Positions 7,781-17,702 are shown, numbered from the stretch's first letter. The stretch is DNA of 37,821 nucleotides from Candidatus Hadarchaeia archaeon (GCA_046538535.1 JBKHIS010000003.1:1-37821), one strand, 5' to 3'. Made by a program: numbers and translations. Notes: generated by a model from the sequence alone, not told the origin.

Positions 7781-10075
7781 TTGTCGCCTGATGTCCAAAG
7801 TGATGATTTGAATTTCGATTTTTTTTCTACGACTCCCAATGTCTTGAGTTTAAATATATATAAGGGAGAATCAAATTTTGAGGATTTCCTTTATCCTTTG
7901 GAAATTGAATTTGATGATGAAACCGGTAATTTTTGGAACGTAGAAGCTGAGGGAGATACGCTTAAGATTCTAAAAGATGGTTCTCTATTCACGAAGCTCC
8001 AAAAGATACGTTTTCAAACACCGGGATGGTTACGGAAGCCGGTTATGAATATTCCGGATAAATGGATTTCTTGGACTCAGAAATTAGGGAAGGACTCCAA
8101 AATTTATGGTTTGGGGGAGAAAACAAGGTATCTTGAAAAATCGGGAGCTAGATATGAAATGTGGAATACGGATCCCGGGGGATTTTATAAGCATAATGAA
8201 GATCCCCTGTCTGTTTCAGTTCCGTTTTTCTTGATAAAGGCACCAGCTTTAAGTGCGGGAGGAGGATTTATAGGGATATTTGTGGCTAATCCTCAGTATA
8301 TTCAGTTTGATGTAAAGTACTTAACCGGCGAGGGTACGCTTGGAACGGCAGTCAATTCTGAATCTGTCCTTATTTTTCTGATTTCAGGCGACAGCCCGGA
8401 TAAGATTGTTGAAACTTATACCACTTTAACTGGAAAACCTCGGATGTTTCCGAGGTGGGCGTTAGGTTATCATCATTCCAAATATGGGATGCCTGAAACT
8501 CAAGAGGAAGCTATAGAGCTCACAGAAAAATTTATAGATAAAGATATTCCTCTTGATTCTCTTTATTTGGATATACAGCATATGCAGGATCATAAAATAT
8601 TTACCTGGGATAAGGATAGATTTCCAGACCCAGAAAATATGCTGGAAAAATTGCGGGAGTTAGGGGTTGATCCCGTAGTTATACAGGATCCCGGGATCAA
8701 AATAGAAAAAGATTATTCTGTCTACGAATCTGCCAATAAGAATAATGTTTTTGTTGAGGATTCTGAGGGAGAAGATTTTGTTGGGATGCTTTGGCCTGGT
8801 TTATGTTCATTTCCTGATTTTCTCCAGCAGAGCGTAAGAACGTGGTGGGGTAGGAAAAATTCTGAGGTGTTAAGAAAAGGAGTTTCCGGAATTTGGAATG
8901 ATATGAATGAACCTGCAATTTTCTTTGGGAAAAGAAGGTTTTCATCTCTACTATCGGAGATTAGCAAAAATATACAGGAGAACTCGATAAAATTGGAGGA
9001 TTTCTATGAATTAGAAAAAGAAATGTTCAATTCTACGGAAGGCATGGTTCACCAAGACGATGATGGCAATGAAGTCGATCATTTTGATGTACATAATCTT
9101 TACGCTCTCCTTGAGGCTGAAGGGACCTTAATGGGATATAAATTGGAAAAACCCAATGCAAGACCATTTATACTTAGTAGATCCGGGTGTCCGGGTATCC
9201 AGAAGAAAGCATCTGTTTGGACAGGTGATAATTCCTCCACATGGGAGCATATGGAGATGTCTATCCAGATGATTTTGAATTTGGGGATTTCAGGTTTGCC
9301 TTTTGTAGGTGCTGATGTAGGAGGGTTCGATGGAAATGTCGAGCCGGAACTGCTCGTTAGGTGGGTCCAGTTGGGTTCTATGATTCCCCTATTTAGAAAT
9401 CATTCTAGTATCGGTACTGTTTCTCAGGAGCCTTGGTCGTTTGGAAGTGAGTACGAAGAGATAATGAGAAGATACATTAAATTTAGATATGAACTCTTAC
9501 CTTACCTCTACACGCTTCATTATAAGTCCCATAGAACTGGAATTCCCATCGTCCGGTCTATCTTCTTTGAATTTCCGGATGATAAGGAGGCTTACAAGAT
9601 TGAGACCCAGTTCCTAGTAGGTGATTCGTTGCTGGTAGCACCAGTAGTGAAAAGAGAAGTAGAAGAGAGGAGAGTGTACCTTCCATTTGGATCAGGAGGC
9701 GAGGAGCTTAAGTGGGAGAATTGGTGGACTGGGAGGGTAAGAAGAAGCGGCCATCACGTCGTTTCATCACCATTGGATAGGATGCCTATATATTTGAAAG
9801 AAAGTAGCTGCGTACCGTTGATGGATCCCGTTCAGAACACAAAGGAGATAGGGGACACTCTTTATCTGCGATGTAATCTAGAAGACAGGGTGGAGTCTCA
9901 GATTTATTGGGACGATGGGAATACAATGGATTTTAAAAAAGGAGATTATTTTCTTGGCGTTGCGAAAGTTTGGAAGAATGGAGAGAATATTGATTTTTCT
10001 ATTGAACCCAAGCATGAATGCTACGATCCTTTTTGGGATTTCGTTAACGTCCTTGAAAAGACATCGGACGCATAA
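7781..10075 (+). CDS. Glycoside hydrolase family 31 alpha-glucosidase
   Basis: YGLGEK, WALGYHH, GIWNDMNEP nucleophile motif, WTGDN and GADVGGF; TTG start chosen after GGTGA RBS (ORF open from 7742). Confidence 0.93.
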   Translation: MSPDVQSDDLNFDFFSTTPNVLSLNIYKGESNFEDFLYPLEIEFDDETGNFWNVEAEGDTLKILKDGSLFTKLQKIRFQTPGWLRKPVMNIPDKWISWTQKLGKDSKIYGLGEKTRYLEKSGARYEMWNTDPGGFYKHNEDPLSVSVPFFLIKAPALSAGGGFIGIFVANPQYIQFDVKYLTGEGTLGTAVNSESVLIFLISGDSPDKIVETYTTLTGKPRMFPRWALGYHHSKYGMPETQEEAIELTEKFIDKDIPLDSLYLDIQHMQDHKIFTWDKDRFPDPENMLEKLRELGVDPVVIQDPGIKIEKDYSVYESANKNNVFVEDSEGEDFVGMLWPGLCSFPDFLQQSVRTWWGRKNSEVLRKGVSGIWNDMNEPAIFFGKRRFSSLLSEISKNIQENSIKLEDFYELEKEMFNSTEGMVHQDDDGNEVDHFDVHNLYALLEAEGTLMGYKLEKPNARPFILSRSGCPGIQKKASVWTGDNSSTWEHMEMSIQMILNLGISGLPFVGADVGGFDGNVEPELLVRWVQLGSMIPLFRNHSSIGTVSQEPWSFGSEYEEIMRRYIKFRYELLPYLYTLHYKSHRTGIPIVRSIFFEFPDDKEAYKIETQFLVGDSLLVAPVVKREVEERRVYLPFGSGGEELKWENWWTGRVRRSGHHVVSSPLDRMPIYLKESSCVPLMDPVQNTKEIGDTLYLRCNLEDRVESQIYWDDGNTMDFKKGDYFLGVAKVWKNGENIDFSIEPKHECYDPFWDFVNVLEKTSDA

Positions 10076-10106
10076 TTTCCCATTGGGGTTTATTGAGGGA
10101 TAAAAA

Positions 10107-11228
10107 ATGGATGAAAAAATATTTAAAAACGCTATAATTCTTCGGGGCCCTGATTTGGAGCCTGTAGAAGGTTTCATTAGGATAGGCGATGGTGTAATCA
10201 AGGAAATCAGTTCGGGAGAGCCTTCGGAATTCGACTCGGATTTATCGAATTCTATTATTATGCCACCTTTCGTGAATGCTCATACGCATGTAGGTGACTC
10301 TGTTAAAAGGGACATATACGCCGGAAGGTCTCAACCTGAGGTGGTTGGCAGTAATGGCTCCAAATTTAGGGCTCTAGAGCAGAGTTCTCGATCGAGTAAA
10401 GTAGAGGCTATTAATAGATCACTTCGGTTAATGAGGGATTCTGGAACGATTGCGCACATAGATTTTAGGGAAGAGGGTCTTTGCGGCATCTCACTGCTGA
10501 GGGATGCGGAAGTTTCCGGCATTGAATCATTATGTCTTGCTCGGCTTATTGGTGGGGAAGACATAGGTGATTTGTTAGACTGCTCTCAAGGCATTGGAAT
10601 TCCTTCACTTGAATCCTATTCATCCGACGAGGTTGAGGAAATTTCCAATTCGACTAATTCTCGTGGTAAACTTCTTTCGTTTCACGTCTCGGAGACGAAG
10701 TCAGCCCATGAGCATTCATTGAGTGAAACTGGCAAAACGGAGATCGAAAGAGCACTTGAATACGATCCTGATTTCCTCATCCATGGGGTCTGGGCTGAAA
10801 GGGAGGATCTTGCTCGTTTAAAGGAGAGAAACGTTCCACTGGTTGTATGTCCTCGTTCGAATAGCCTTCTCAGCACTGGTATTCCTCCTCTAAGCGAGGC
10901 CATTCAAACAGGAGTTGAACTTTGGATAGGAACCGATAACGCCTCAGTTTGCTCCCCCATCATGTTTCAGGAGCTTTCCTATGCATGGATGGTTTTGAGG
11001 TTGCAGGATGAAAAGGCTGGAGAGTTTGAAGCGAGAGAATTGCTTAAGTCCGCTACTATTTACCCTTCGGAGAATCTTAACTTGAAGGGAGGTCCGTTAG
11101 AGGAGGGAGGAAGGGCGAATTTTTTTGTTCTTTCGAGGGACCAAGAGTTAGAGGACTGTGAAAACATACACGTTGGGATAGTAAATAGAGCGAGGGAGAG
11201 ACATTTGAAGAAGATTTTCCATCAGTAA
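10107..11228 (+). CDS. Metal-dependent amidohydrolase/deaminase family protein
   Basis: NAHTH, FHVSE, IHGV, CPRSN and GTDN metal-binding motifs; substrate not assignable. Confidence 0.85.
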   Translation: MDEKIFKNAIILRGPDLEPVEGFIRIGDGVIKEISSGEPSEFDSDLSNSIIMPPFVNAHTHVGDSVKRDIYAGRSQPEVVGSNGSKFRALEQSSRSSKVEAINRSLRLMRDSGTIAHIDFREEGLCGISLLRDAEVSGIESLCLARLIGGEDIGDLLDCSQGIGIPSLESYSSDEVEEISNSTNSRGKLLSFHVSETKSAHEHSLSETGKTEIERALEYDPDFLIHGVWAEREDLARLKERNVPLVVCPRSNSLLSTGIPPLSEAIQTGVELWIGTDNASVCSPIMFQELSYAWMVLRLQDEKAGEFEARELLKSATIYPSENLNLKGGPLEEGGRANFFVLSRDQELEDCENIHVGIVNRARERHLKKIFHQ

Positions 11229-11258
11229 CAGGGCTATTGTTGATTAGATCTTTTAGAA

Positions 11259-11734
11259 TCAAATGTGTTTCTCCGCTATATCCTTGGCGATTGGAAGCTT
11301 ATACATCCCCTTTGTAGGCCTTAAACATGAACAAGAGCGATAGGACGAAAGTGAGAAGTCCAATCAGCGACCTTAGCATGCCCAGAAGTGAGTAAGTCAT
11401 ACCAAAACCCAATCCTCAGTAATAAGGCCCTGCGGCGGCGCTAAAGATTCATATCAACGCGAGAGAGGTAAATGTTATTATCTACTGCCCTGCGTGAAAT
11501 CATATGAACTTATTTTTCTTCAACGAAATAGAGTATAATCCCTGATACAAATCCTAGGACGTATGCTAATGTTCCTTCTATATTATTCTCGAGACCCAGT
11601 TCCGTTCCTTTCTTTTCTGAACTGTTTTTGGTATATCTTGTTGTCTCCGTCTCTGTAAATTGGGGGTATCCGCATTTCGGGCAGAATTTTTCTTAATCTG
11701 GGATATTTGCTGCACATTCCTTACAATACGATAT
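11259..11734 (-). pseudogene. Decayed zinc-ribbon + DUF4870-like membrane protein
   Basis: Reconstructed YCKECAANIPD*EKFCPKCG...GLENNIEGTLAYVLGFVSGIILYFVEE / NKFI*FHAGQ*IITF...MFKAYKG / YKLPIAKDIAEKHI*, with five internal stops and two frameshifts. Confidence 0.8.
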
Positions 11735-11783
11735 TTAAACGCCCGAAGCTAAATACTACTTTAATCTTATTATTTTTTCTTTC

Positions 11784-14315
11784 TTACACGATAGGATTCA
11801 TTCCTTTGAAGCTATCTCTTTCTATTCTGGTTTTTTCTCTTTCAAGCATTTTATTTAGTGAGGTGATAGCTCCTTTTTTGCTCAAAGGCTCATTGTTGCT
11901 TCCGCATCTATAGCTCTGGGTACAGTTTGGACATCCATTTTCGTTTTTGCAATTACAACCTTCGAGAATCTTATATGCTCTTTTTAAGGAATCTTCAAAT
12001 CTTTCGAAAAGTAATTTTGAAATTCCATTTCCTCCAGCGGATCCATCGTAAGCAAAAATGTATCCGGAGGACCCCATTGCAACACCACCAACCTCGTCAC
12101 TACCCCCTCCTGTTAGCATGTTGGTGCCTTCCAAGATTGCATGTTCTATGGCGTGAAATGTTCCCCCCAGCTCCTTCTCTCTGTCCTCTTCCGGGAGATT
12201 CAGGATATCTTCGGGTGTTGGTGCTTTGAAAACAAGACCGAAGGTGAGGAATGAGTACTCTATGGGGTTATCTAACTTTTGTTCTGCAAGGATCTCGTCG
12301 CTAAATACGTCTATTTCGTAATATCCGTCGATTCTGTCCTTGATTTTTAACTTACAATAGGCTATTTCTGATCCAAGGCATTTTTTTTCTTCAATTTTAT
12401 CTACTATAATTGGGATTGTTCTTTTTTTGGCATTTGTTCTTTTCTTTGTGTCGGATTTTTCTTTTTCTACGATTGCTTTTCCTTCCTCTATCGAAAATTT
12501 CTTTGATCTGTACTTCCTACCACCGTGGAGATATATGGCACCTGGATGTAATTCTTGCGAAGCTATAGGCATCTGTCGGGTTCCTATTCTTTTTCTTCCA
12601 TAGATTATGTCAACCGATTCACCTATGCCACGTATTGAATAATCGCCTAGTTTGCTTCGGCCTTTATTTGTGACATGGAGGTGTTCTTTGTCTTTTTTGA
12701 GTAGGCCTTTTTTTATAAGACCAGATTTTTTCTCTTCGAAATTTGGAAATTCCTTCTCTGAAAGCGGGTGATCCATCGCCGCTGCTATTATTTGGTTCTC
12801 AGCAACTATCGGATTTTTTGGTTCGCAGTAGCCCGGATCGACGTCCTTGAAATAATCCTCAGGATTCCTTCGATAAAAAGAACTTATTGGGTCCTCGTTT
12901 CTTAGTCCTAAGATCGCGACGCCTTCTTGCCCTCTTCTTGCTGCTCGTCCGATTCTTTGTTTAAAGGAAGTTATACCGACTAACACGGAGGCAACAGCGT
13001 CAAGGTCACCGATGTCCACACCGAGCTCCAGGGTGGGTGTGGAAACAACAGATTTAATACTTCCATCTTTAAGCTTTTTTGCTACTTCACGCCTATATTG
13101 ATAAGGTAGTCCCGCTCTATGAACCTCAGCGTCTATTCCGCCTCTTTCTTCTGCTATCTTTGACATTGATTCAACGCCTTGATGTGAATTTCCGAACACT
13201 ACTGTTTTTCTACCGTTCCTGCGTAGGTTTTTGAGACAATCAATCAACATGGTTTTTGTTGATCGGCCGCGTGGATAGAGCATCAGAAAATGAATAGGTC
13301 CGTGTTTTCCTTCTTCACACTTTATCACCTCTACTGATTCCCCAAATAAATCCTCGGCGAACTCTTTTGGATTAAATATAGTCGCACTTGCCCCAATTAT
13401 TTGAAAACTATTGTTGAATTCTCTACGCATTCTCTTGATAATAAAGTGCACATTGGATCCGAATGACCCAGTATATGTGTGGATTTCATCGACAATTACA
13501 AATTTTGCGGACTTCAGAAGCCGTGAAAATTCTGTTCTATGAGAAAGATGGAAGTGAATCATGTCAAAGTTGGTAATAAGTACTTCGGGAGGATCGGAAA
13601 GTATTTTGGCTCTTTTTCTTTTTTCGGTATCTCCATCGTAGACTTGAACATCAAGTTGTAAGTTATTTCCGAGCTTTCTTAGTTTCCTCGCTTGATCTCG
13701 ACTAAGAACCTTTGTTGGGTAGACCAATATTGCGTTTGTCTCTGTTTTCTTTTCTGTTTCTTTTCTTTCGAGAATTTTTTGATAAACAGGTAGTATGAAA
13801 GCCTCTGTCTTGCCGGTGGCTGTAGGAGCTGAAATCACAACATTTTTTCCAGACATAATTTTCTCGATTGCTCTTTCTTGAAATCTGTAAAGTTTCTTGA
13901 TCCCATTTTTGAATAGACTTTCTTTTAGTAGTGGATGGATTTCTGCTTCTTTTAGTGAGGCTCCTGGATCCGGAGATGATCTCTCTAGTAATTTATACTT
14001 AACTAGCTCATCGTTAGAGTGAATTAGACCCTTTACATCTGAGGGTAAATTTGCGAAATCCTCTTTTGTTATATTTTGGCCAAGTAGCCTGGCTTCTTTA
14101 ATAAGACCGTGTCTTCTTACCCATGTTTTTCCCAAGTCAGTGAGTTCTCCTTCCTTATGCAGATCTTCTAGTTCCTGATATGCTTCATTTAATGACAGGT
14201 CTCGTTTGTCGGGAGCAAAACACATACTACAATTAGAACAGGAGAAAAGCCATCTACCAGATTCTACTTTATCGTATTTTATTTCGCCTCTGCAATTGGG
14301 GCAGGAAAGTCCCAT
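11784..14315 (-). CDS. DEAH-box helicase with C-terminal DUF1998 zinc domain (SftH/Hrq1-like)
   Basis: APTATGKT, DEIH, SAT, LELGVDIG and QRIGRAAR; C-terminal CNC...GCPNC...C; extra N-terminal CPNC...CSNC. Confidence 0.9.
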   Translation of the reverse strand: MGLSCPNCRGEIKYDKVESGRWLFSCSNCSMCFAPDKRDLSLNEAYQELEDLHKEGELTDLGKTWVRRHGLIKEARLLGQNITKEDFANLPSDVKGLIHSNDELVKYKLLERSSPDPGASLKEAEIHPLLKESLFKNGIKKLYRFQERAIEKIMSGKNVVISAPTATGKTEAFILPVYQKILERKETEKKTETNAILVYPTKVLSRDQARKLRKLGNNLQLDVQVYDGDTEKRKRAKILSDPPEVLITNFDMIHFHLSHRTEFSRLLKSAKFVIVDEIHTYTGSFGSNVHFIIKRMRREFNNSFQIIGASATIFNPKEFAEDLFGESVEVIKCEEGKHGPIHFLMLYPRGRSTKTMLIDCLKNLRRNGRKTVVFGNSHQGVESMSKIAEERGGIDAEVHRAGLPYQYRREVAKKLKDGSIKSVVSTPTLELGVDIGDLDAVASVLVGITSFKQRIGRAARRGQEGVAILGLRNEDPISSFYRRNPEDYFKDVDPGYCEPKNPIVAENQIIAAAMDHPLSEKEFPNFEEKKSGLIKKGLLKKDKEHLHVTNKGRSKLGDYSIRGIGESVDIIYGRKRIGTRQMPIASQELHPGAIYLHGGRKYRSKKFSIEEGKAIVEKEKSDTKKRTNAKKRTIPIIVDKIEEKKCLGSEIAYCKLKIKDRIDGYYEIDVFSDEILAEQKLDNPIEYSFLTFGLVFKAPTPEDILNLPEEDREKELGGTFHAIEHAILEGTNMLTGGGSDEVGGVAMGSSGYIFAYDGSAGGNGISKLLFERFEDSLKRAYKILEGCNCKNENGCPNCTQSYRCGSNNEPLSKKGAITSLNKMLEREKTRIERDSFKGMNPIV

Positions 14316-14432
14316 AGTTAATCGGATTAGAAATTTGACCTCATACGAATTTAACCTTTTCCGGACTGTGGATTGAATGTGAAGAGTCGTTTAATTTTTA
14401 AATTATTCCATTGTATTTTTGAGGGGTCGTTA

Positions 14433-15959
14433 ATGACGGAGAAGTATGAAAAAATAATGAAGATTGCAAAGAGAAGGGGTTTCATCTGGCCTTCTTTCGA
14501 ACCATATGGAGGTGTGGCGGGATTTTATGATTTTGGTCCATTAGGGTCCTTACTAAAGCAAAACTTACTCGACAAGTGGCGTCAATATTACGTGAGGGAG
14601 GAAGGATTTTTTGAAATTGATTCTCCGACCGTATTTCCCGAGGAGATGCTTAGGGCTAGCGGGCATGTTGATCATTTTAATGACGTGATGGTGTCTTGTC
14701 CTTCGTGTGGCTCGTCTTATGAGGTCACGGAACTAGTAGAGGAAATGACGGGAATTGACATCGAAGGAAAGAGTAAGGATGAAATGAAGGAGATTATAGA
14801 TGGAGAAAACGTAGTTTGTCCGAAGTGTGGTGGACCTTTGGGTGGTCTTTATGATTTCAATACTATGTTTGAAACGGCGATTGGTCCGGAAAAGGATCGG
14901 AAAGCTTATCTAAGGCCGGAAACAGCTCAATCAATTTTTGTTGATTTTAACAGGCTTAAAAGAGTTGCTAGAAAGAAATTACCCTTTGGAGTTGTGCAAA
15001 TTGGCAAGGGTTATCGAAATGAGATCTCGCCAAGAAAGGGGATTATTAGATTGAGAGAGTTTACAATGGCAGAGGCGGAGATATTTTTCGATCCAGAAAA
15101 ACCAAGCCATAAGAATTTCGATGAACTAAAAAACGATGAATTGAGACTTTGGCTTTCTAATGATCAGATGGATGGAAATGAAAAAATCAGGAATATTAAG
15201 GTCGAGAAGGCCGTACAAAAGGGGTTTATCTGTAATGAACTTATGGCATATCACCTGGCCTTGGCCAATAGGTTTTTCAAGGAAATAGGAATTCCAAGTG
15301 ACATGCTTAGGTTCAGGGAACAAGTTCCTGGCGAACGCGCACATTACTCTGAGGAAACCTGGGATTCCGAGATCTATACGGAAAGGTTTGGATGGGTTGA
15401 AGCGGCTGGGTTTGCTTATCGAACCGATTATGATCTTTCACAACATACAGAATATTCCAATGAGGACATGACCATGTTCTATCAGGAAAAAGGGGAAGCG
15501 GAGGGAAAAAAGTTGATTCCCCACGTTGTGGAACCCTCTTATGGAATAGATAGATGTATTTACGGAGTTTTGGAACATTCTTTCTCGGAGTCTGATGAGA
15601 AGACTTACTTTGAATTTGAAAAGGATCTCGCCCCTTTGGAAGTGAGCGTTTTTCCCTTGATTACCGATGATGGCTTGCCGGAGAGAGCTGAGGAAGTAGT
15701 TGAACTTTTACAAAAGGCTGGTTTGAATGTGGAATATGACGACTCCGGAAGCATAGGGAGAAGATATGCCAGGGCCGATGAGGTTGGAACGCCTTATTGT
15801 GTGACTGTCGATCATCAGTCACTCGACGACTCTACAGTCACTATTCGGGACAGAGATACGACGGAACAGATTAGAGTAGAGATAGAAAATCTCCCCGATA
15901 TTATTGGGGGTTTGCTAGATAGAACTATATCTTTCGATAATGCTGGAGATAAATGCTAG
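14433..15959 (+). CDS. glyS: Glycine--tRNA ligase (archaeal/eukaryotic type)
   Basis: AKRRGFIWPS, YLRPETAQ, RNEISPR, IRLREF, VVEPSYGIDR and SIGRRYARADEVG; ATG 14433 follows GAGGGG. Confidence 0.96.
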   Translation: MTEKYEKIMKIAKRRGFIWPSFEPYGGVAGFYDFGPLGSLLKQNLLDKWRQYYVREEGFFEIDSPTVFPEEMLRASGHVDHFNDVMVSCPSCGSSYEVTELVEEMTGIDIEGKSKDEMKEIIDGENVVCPKCGGPLGGLYDFNTMFETAIGPEKDRKAYLRPETAQSIFVDFNRLKRVARKKLPFGVVQIGKGYRNEISPRKGIIRLREFTMAEAEIFFDPEKPSHKNFDELKNDELRLWLSNDQMDGNEKIRNIKVEKAVQKGFICNELMAYHLALANRFFKEIGIPSDMLRFREQVPGERAHYSEETWDSEIYTERFGWVEAAGFAYRTDYDLSQHTEYSNEDMTMFYQEKGEAEGKKLIPHVVEPSYGIDRCIYGVLEHSFSESDEKTYFEFEKDLAPLEVSVFPLITDDGLPERAEEVVELLQKAGLNVEYDDSGSIGRRYARADEVGTPYCVTVDHQSLDDSTVTIRDRDTTEQIRVEIENLPDIIGGLLDRTISFDNAGDKC

Positions 15960-16034
15960 CTGTATCTTTAAGATGAAATTTTCCCTACGTTGTTATCCCT
16001 GAGTCGGTGAGTTTCTTGAATGTCCAAGCCTGAG

Positions 16035-17075
16035 TCAGGATGTTTTAGTTGCGAATCCAATAACGTAATTTCCTGAGAACCACATCTTGTAAATGTCCCC
16101 TTCTTTTATGACCACTGGAGTGTAAGTCTTCTCATCTCTCCAGCTGGGGGCGTTTGGGTCCTCTTTGTGGAGAATGGGATTCTCATCGTCTCTAGTCCAC
16201 TCAATTCCGTTTTTGGACGTCAAATGCCCTATACCTTCGTTGGACCCCTTGGCACCGCTGGAGTACCAAGCTTCGTATCCGTTTTGGGTCTCGATCACAC
16301 CTCTGACGTAGGTATAGTTGTCGTCCCAGGTCCCGTTCTCTCCAGACTGTATGATTGGTTTGTTTCCGTATCTATGCCAATGGATTCCATCGTCCGAATA
16401 AGCAAGTGCGGTCACTTCCGATTCGTTTGGATCCACTACGTTCTGGGTAGCGATGTCGTAATATAAAACAAATTTATTGCCCATAGGATCCGAATGATCG
16501 ATTCCTTCGTGTTCTTCAGGATTGTAAATGATGTCTCCCGATCCATACGAGCTGTACCATTCTCCGGTGTCGCCTCCATCGAAGAGGTTTTCACACTGTA
16601 CGTCGTTTTCCCATTTCACTCCGTCTGTCGAGACCGCCGTTCGGAAGGAATTTTCATTGTATGGCCAAGAAGAGGCGTCCGAATACCAGACTCTGAAGCG
16701 TGGCGAATTTTCGGTCCCGGTGTTTGTGACCACTGAATGATTGGGTTGGCCGGCAAGTCCCTCGCATGAAATTGCTTCGCTCCAGGAAACTCCCTCGTTA
16801 GAAGTTGTCTTTTTAATTACGTATTCTCCCGCTTCCTTGTCTGTGTACCACATTTGGTAGTTATTTTCTATTTTCAGAACTGCGGGATAGTAGGCCCTAT
16901 TCTCACCTTCGAATACGGGATTTTCCCTAACCTTCCAGGCTTTTTTTCTCTCCCTTCCGGCTATATTCATCTCCGAAGAGGCAAGAAGTGAGTCGGAACT
17001 CTCGTGGATTGCTTTAACTTTTGTATTCTCTGAGAAGTCGATGTTATCTACAATTATTCTCTCTCCAGGATCCAA
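16035..17075 (-). CDS. Five-bladed beta-propeller glycosidase-like protein (GH43/GH130-like fold); downstream part of a frameshifted gene
   Basis: Repeated blades YYPAVLK..YQMWY, S.DG..W, WDDNYTY and TYTPVVIKEGDIYKMWF; reading frame stays open upstream to about 17207. Confidence 0.7.
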   Translation of the reverse strand: MDPGERIIVDNIDFSENTKVKAIHESSDSLLASSEMNIAGRERKKAWKVRENPVFEGENRAYYPAVLKIENNYQMWYTDKEAGEYVIKKTTSNEGVSWSEAISCEGLAGQPNHSVVTNTGTENSPRFRVWYSDASSWPYNENSFRTAVSTDGVKWENDVQCENLFDGGDTGEWYSSYGSGDIIYNPEEHEGIDHSDPMGNKFVLYYDIATQNVVDPNESEVTALAYSDDGIHWHRYGNKPIIQSGENGTWDDNYTYVRGVIETQNGYEAWYSSGAKGSNEGIGHLTSKNGIEWTRDDENPILHKEDPNAPSWRDEKTYTPVVIKEGDIYKMWFSGNYVIGFATKTS

Positions 17076-17104
17076 TTCGTTGTCAGGTCCAGAGTATGAA
17101 ACTT

Positions 17105-17371
17105 CTACATAATCTGAATTGATGATTTCTCGATTTTTAGGGAAATATCCATTTTTGAAAGGGAGTCCCCTCCGATATGATAAATGCTGAGAGGGGAATT
17201 TCCATTCTCAATCTCATCAAAGGAGAGTTTTGTGATAGGAGGGTCGTTGGGGGAATCAAATTCATTCGCTAGATAACCGATGCTCACTGAGAGGATGATG
17301 GCTTTTGTAATCAGTGCTAGCGTTCCTACGACAGAAACGTTTCCTCTTTCGAAAGAGTTTTTTGAGTACGT
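17105..17371 (-). pseudogene. Archaeal type IV pilin N-terminal segment, out of frame with the downstream propeller ORF
   Basis: FERG/NVSVVGTLALITKAIILSVSIG (class III signal peptide-like) and IYHIGGDSL motif; no ATG/GTG/TTG before the signal (ACG at 17371). Confidence 0.65.
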
Positions 17372-17495
17372 TTTATAATCCGGTCAAATCCCCCTTTGAG
17401 GATGGTAATTTTCCCTATTAAAAAATATATTTGGTTATAAAAATTCAGGTCGAAAATCATCTGAGAAGCCGTTCTGGAATCGGAATTGAGGTTGA

Positions 17496-17690
17496 TTGGA
17501 TGATGAAAAACAAATTCTTGAGGCTTTACTGTCCGATATTCTACCAGATATAATTGAAACAACTGCTTTGCGTTCGCCCTATGCAACGGGTCTTGCTCTG
17601 GTTTTTAAGCAAGGTGTCAATTCCAAGTGGAAGAAAATTGAAAAAAATGAAAAAATGAAAAAAATTAGAGCCCAAAATGGATGGAGATGA
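17496..17690 (+). CDS. Hypothetical small protein or gene fragment
   Basis: 64-aa ORF in an otherwise empty gap; no motif recognised. Confidence 0.25.
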   Translation: MDDEKQILEALLSDILPDIIETTALRSPYATGLALVFKQGVNSKWKKIEKNEKMKKIRAQNGWR

Positions 17691-17702
17691 AAAAATAAGT
17701 AA

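Noticed and set aside
11259-11734. TGA recoding (Trp or Sec) to explain internal stops
   Set aside because: TAA and TAG stops and frameshifts are also present, and TGA ends intact genes in this window (e.g. 3475, 19833).
11784-14315. DISARM DrmB or another defence-helicase system
   Set aside because: No DrmA, methylase or PLD nuclease neighbours; the gene sits beside glyS like a housekeeping SftH/Hrq1 homologue.
17105-17207. Programmed -1 ribosomal frameshift in the pilin-propeller gene
   Set aside because: No in-frame X XXY YYZ heptamer seen near the junction, and the start codon also appears lost; decay or sequence error is simpler.
17500-17540. Box C/D sRNA (ATGATGA at 17500-17506)
   Set aside because: No properly spaced CTGA D/D' or C' boxes follow.
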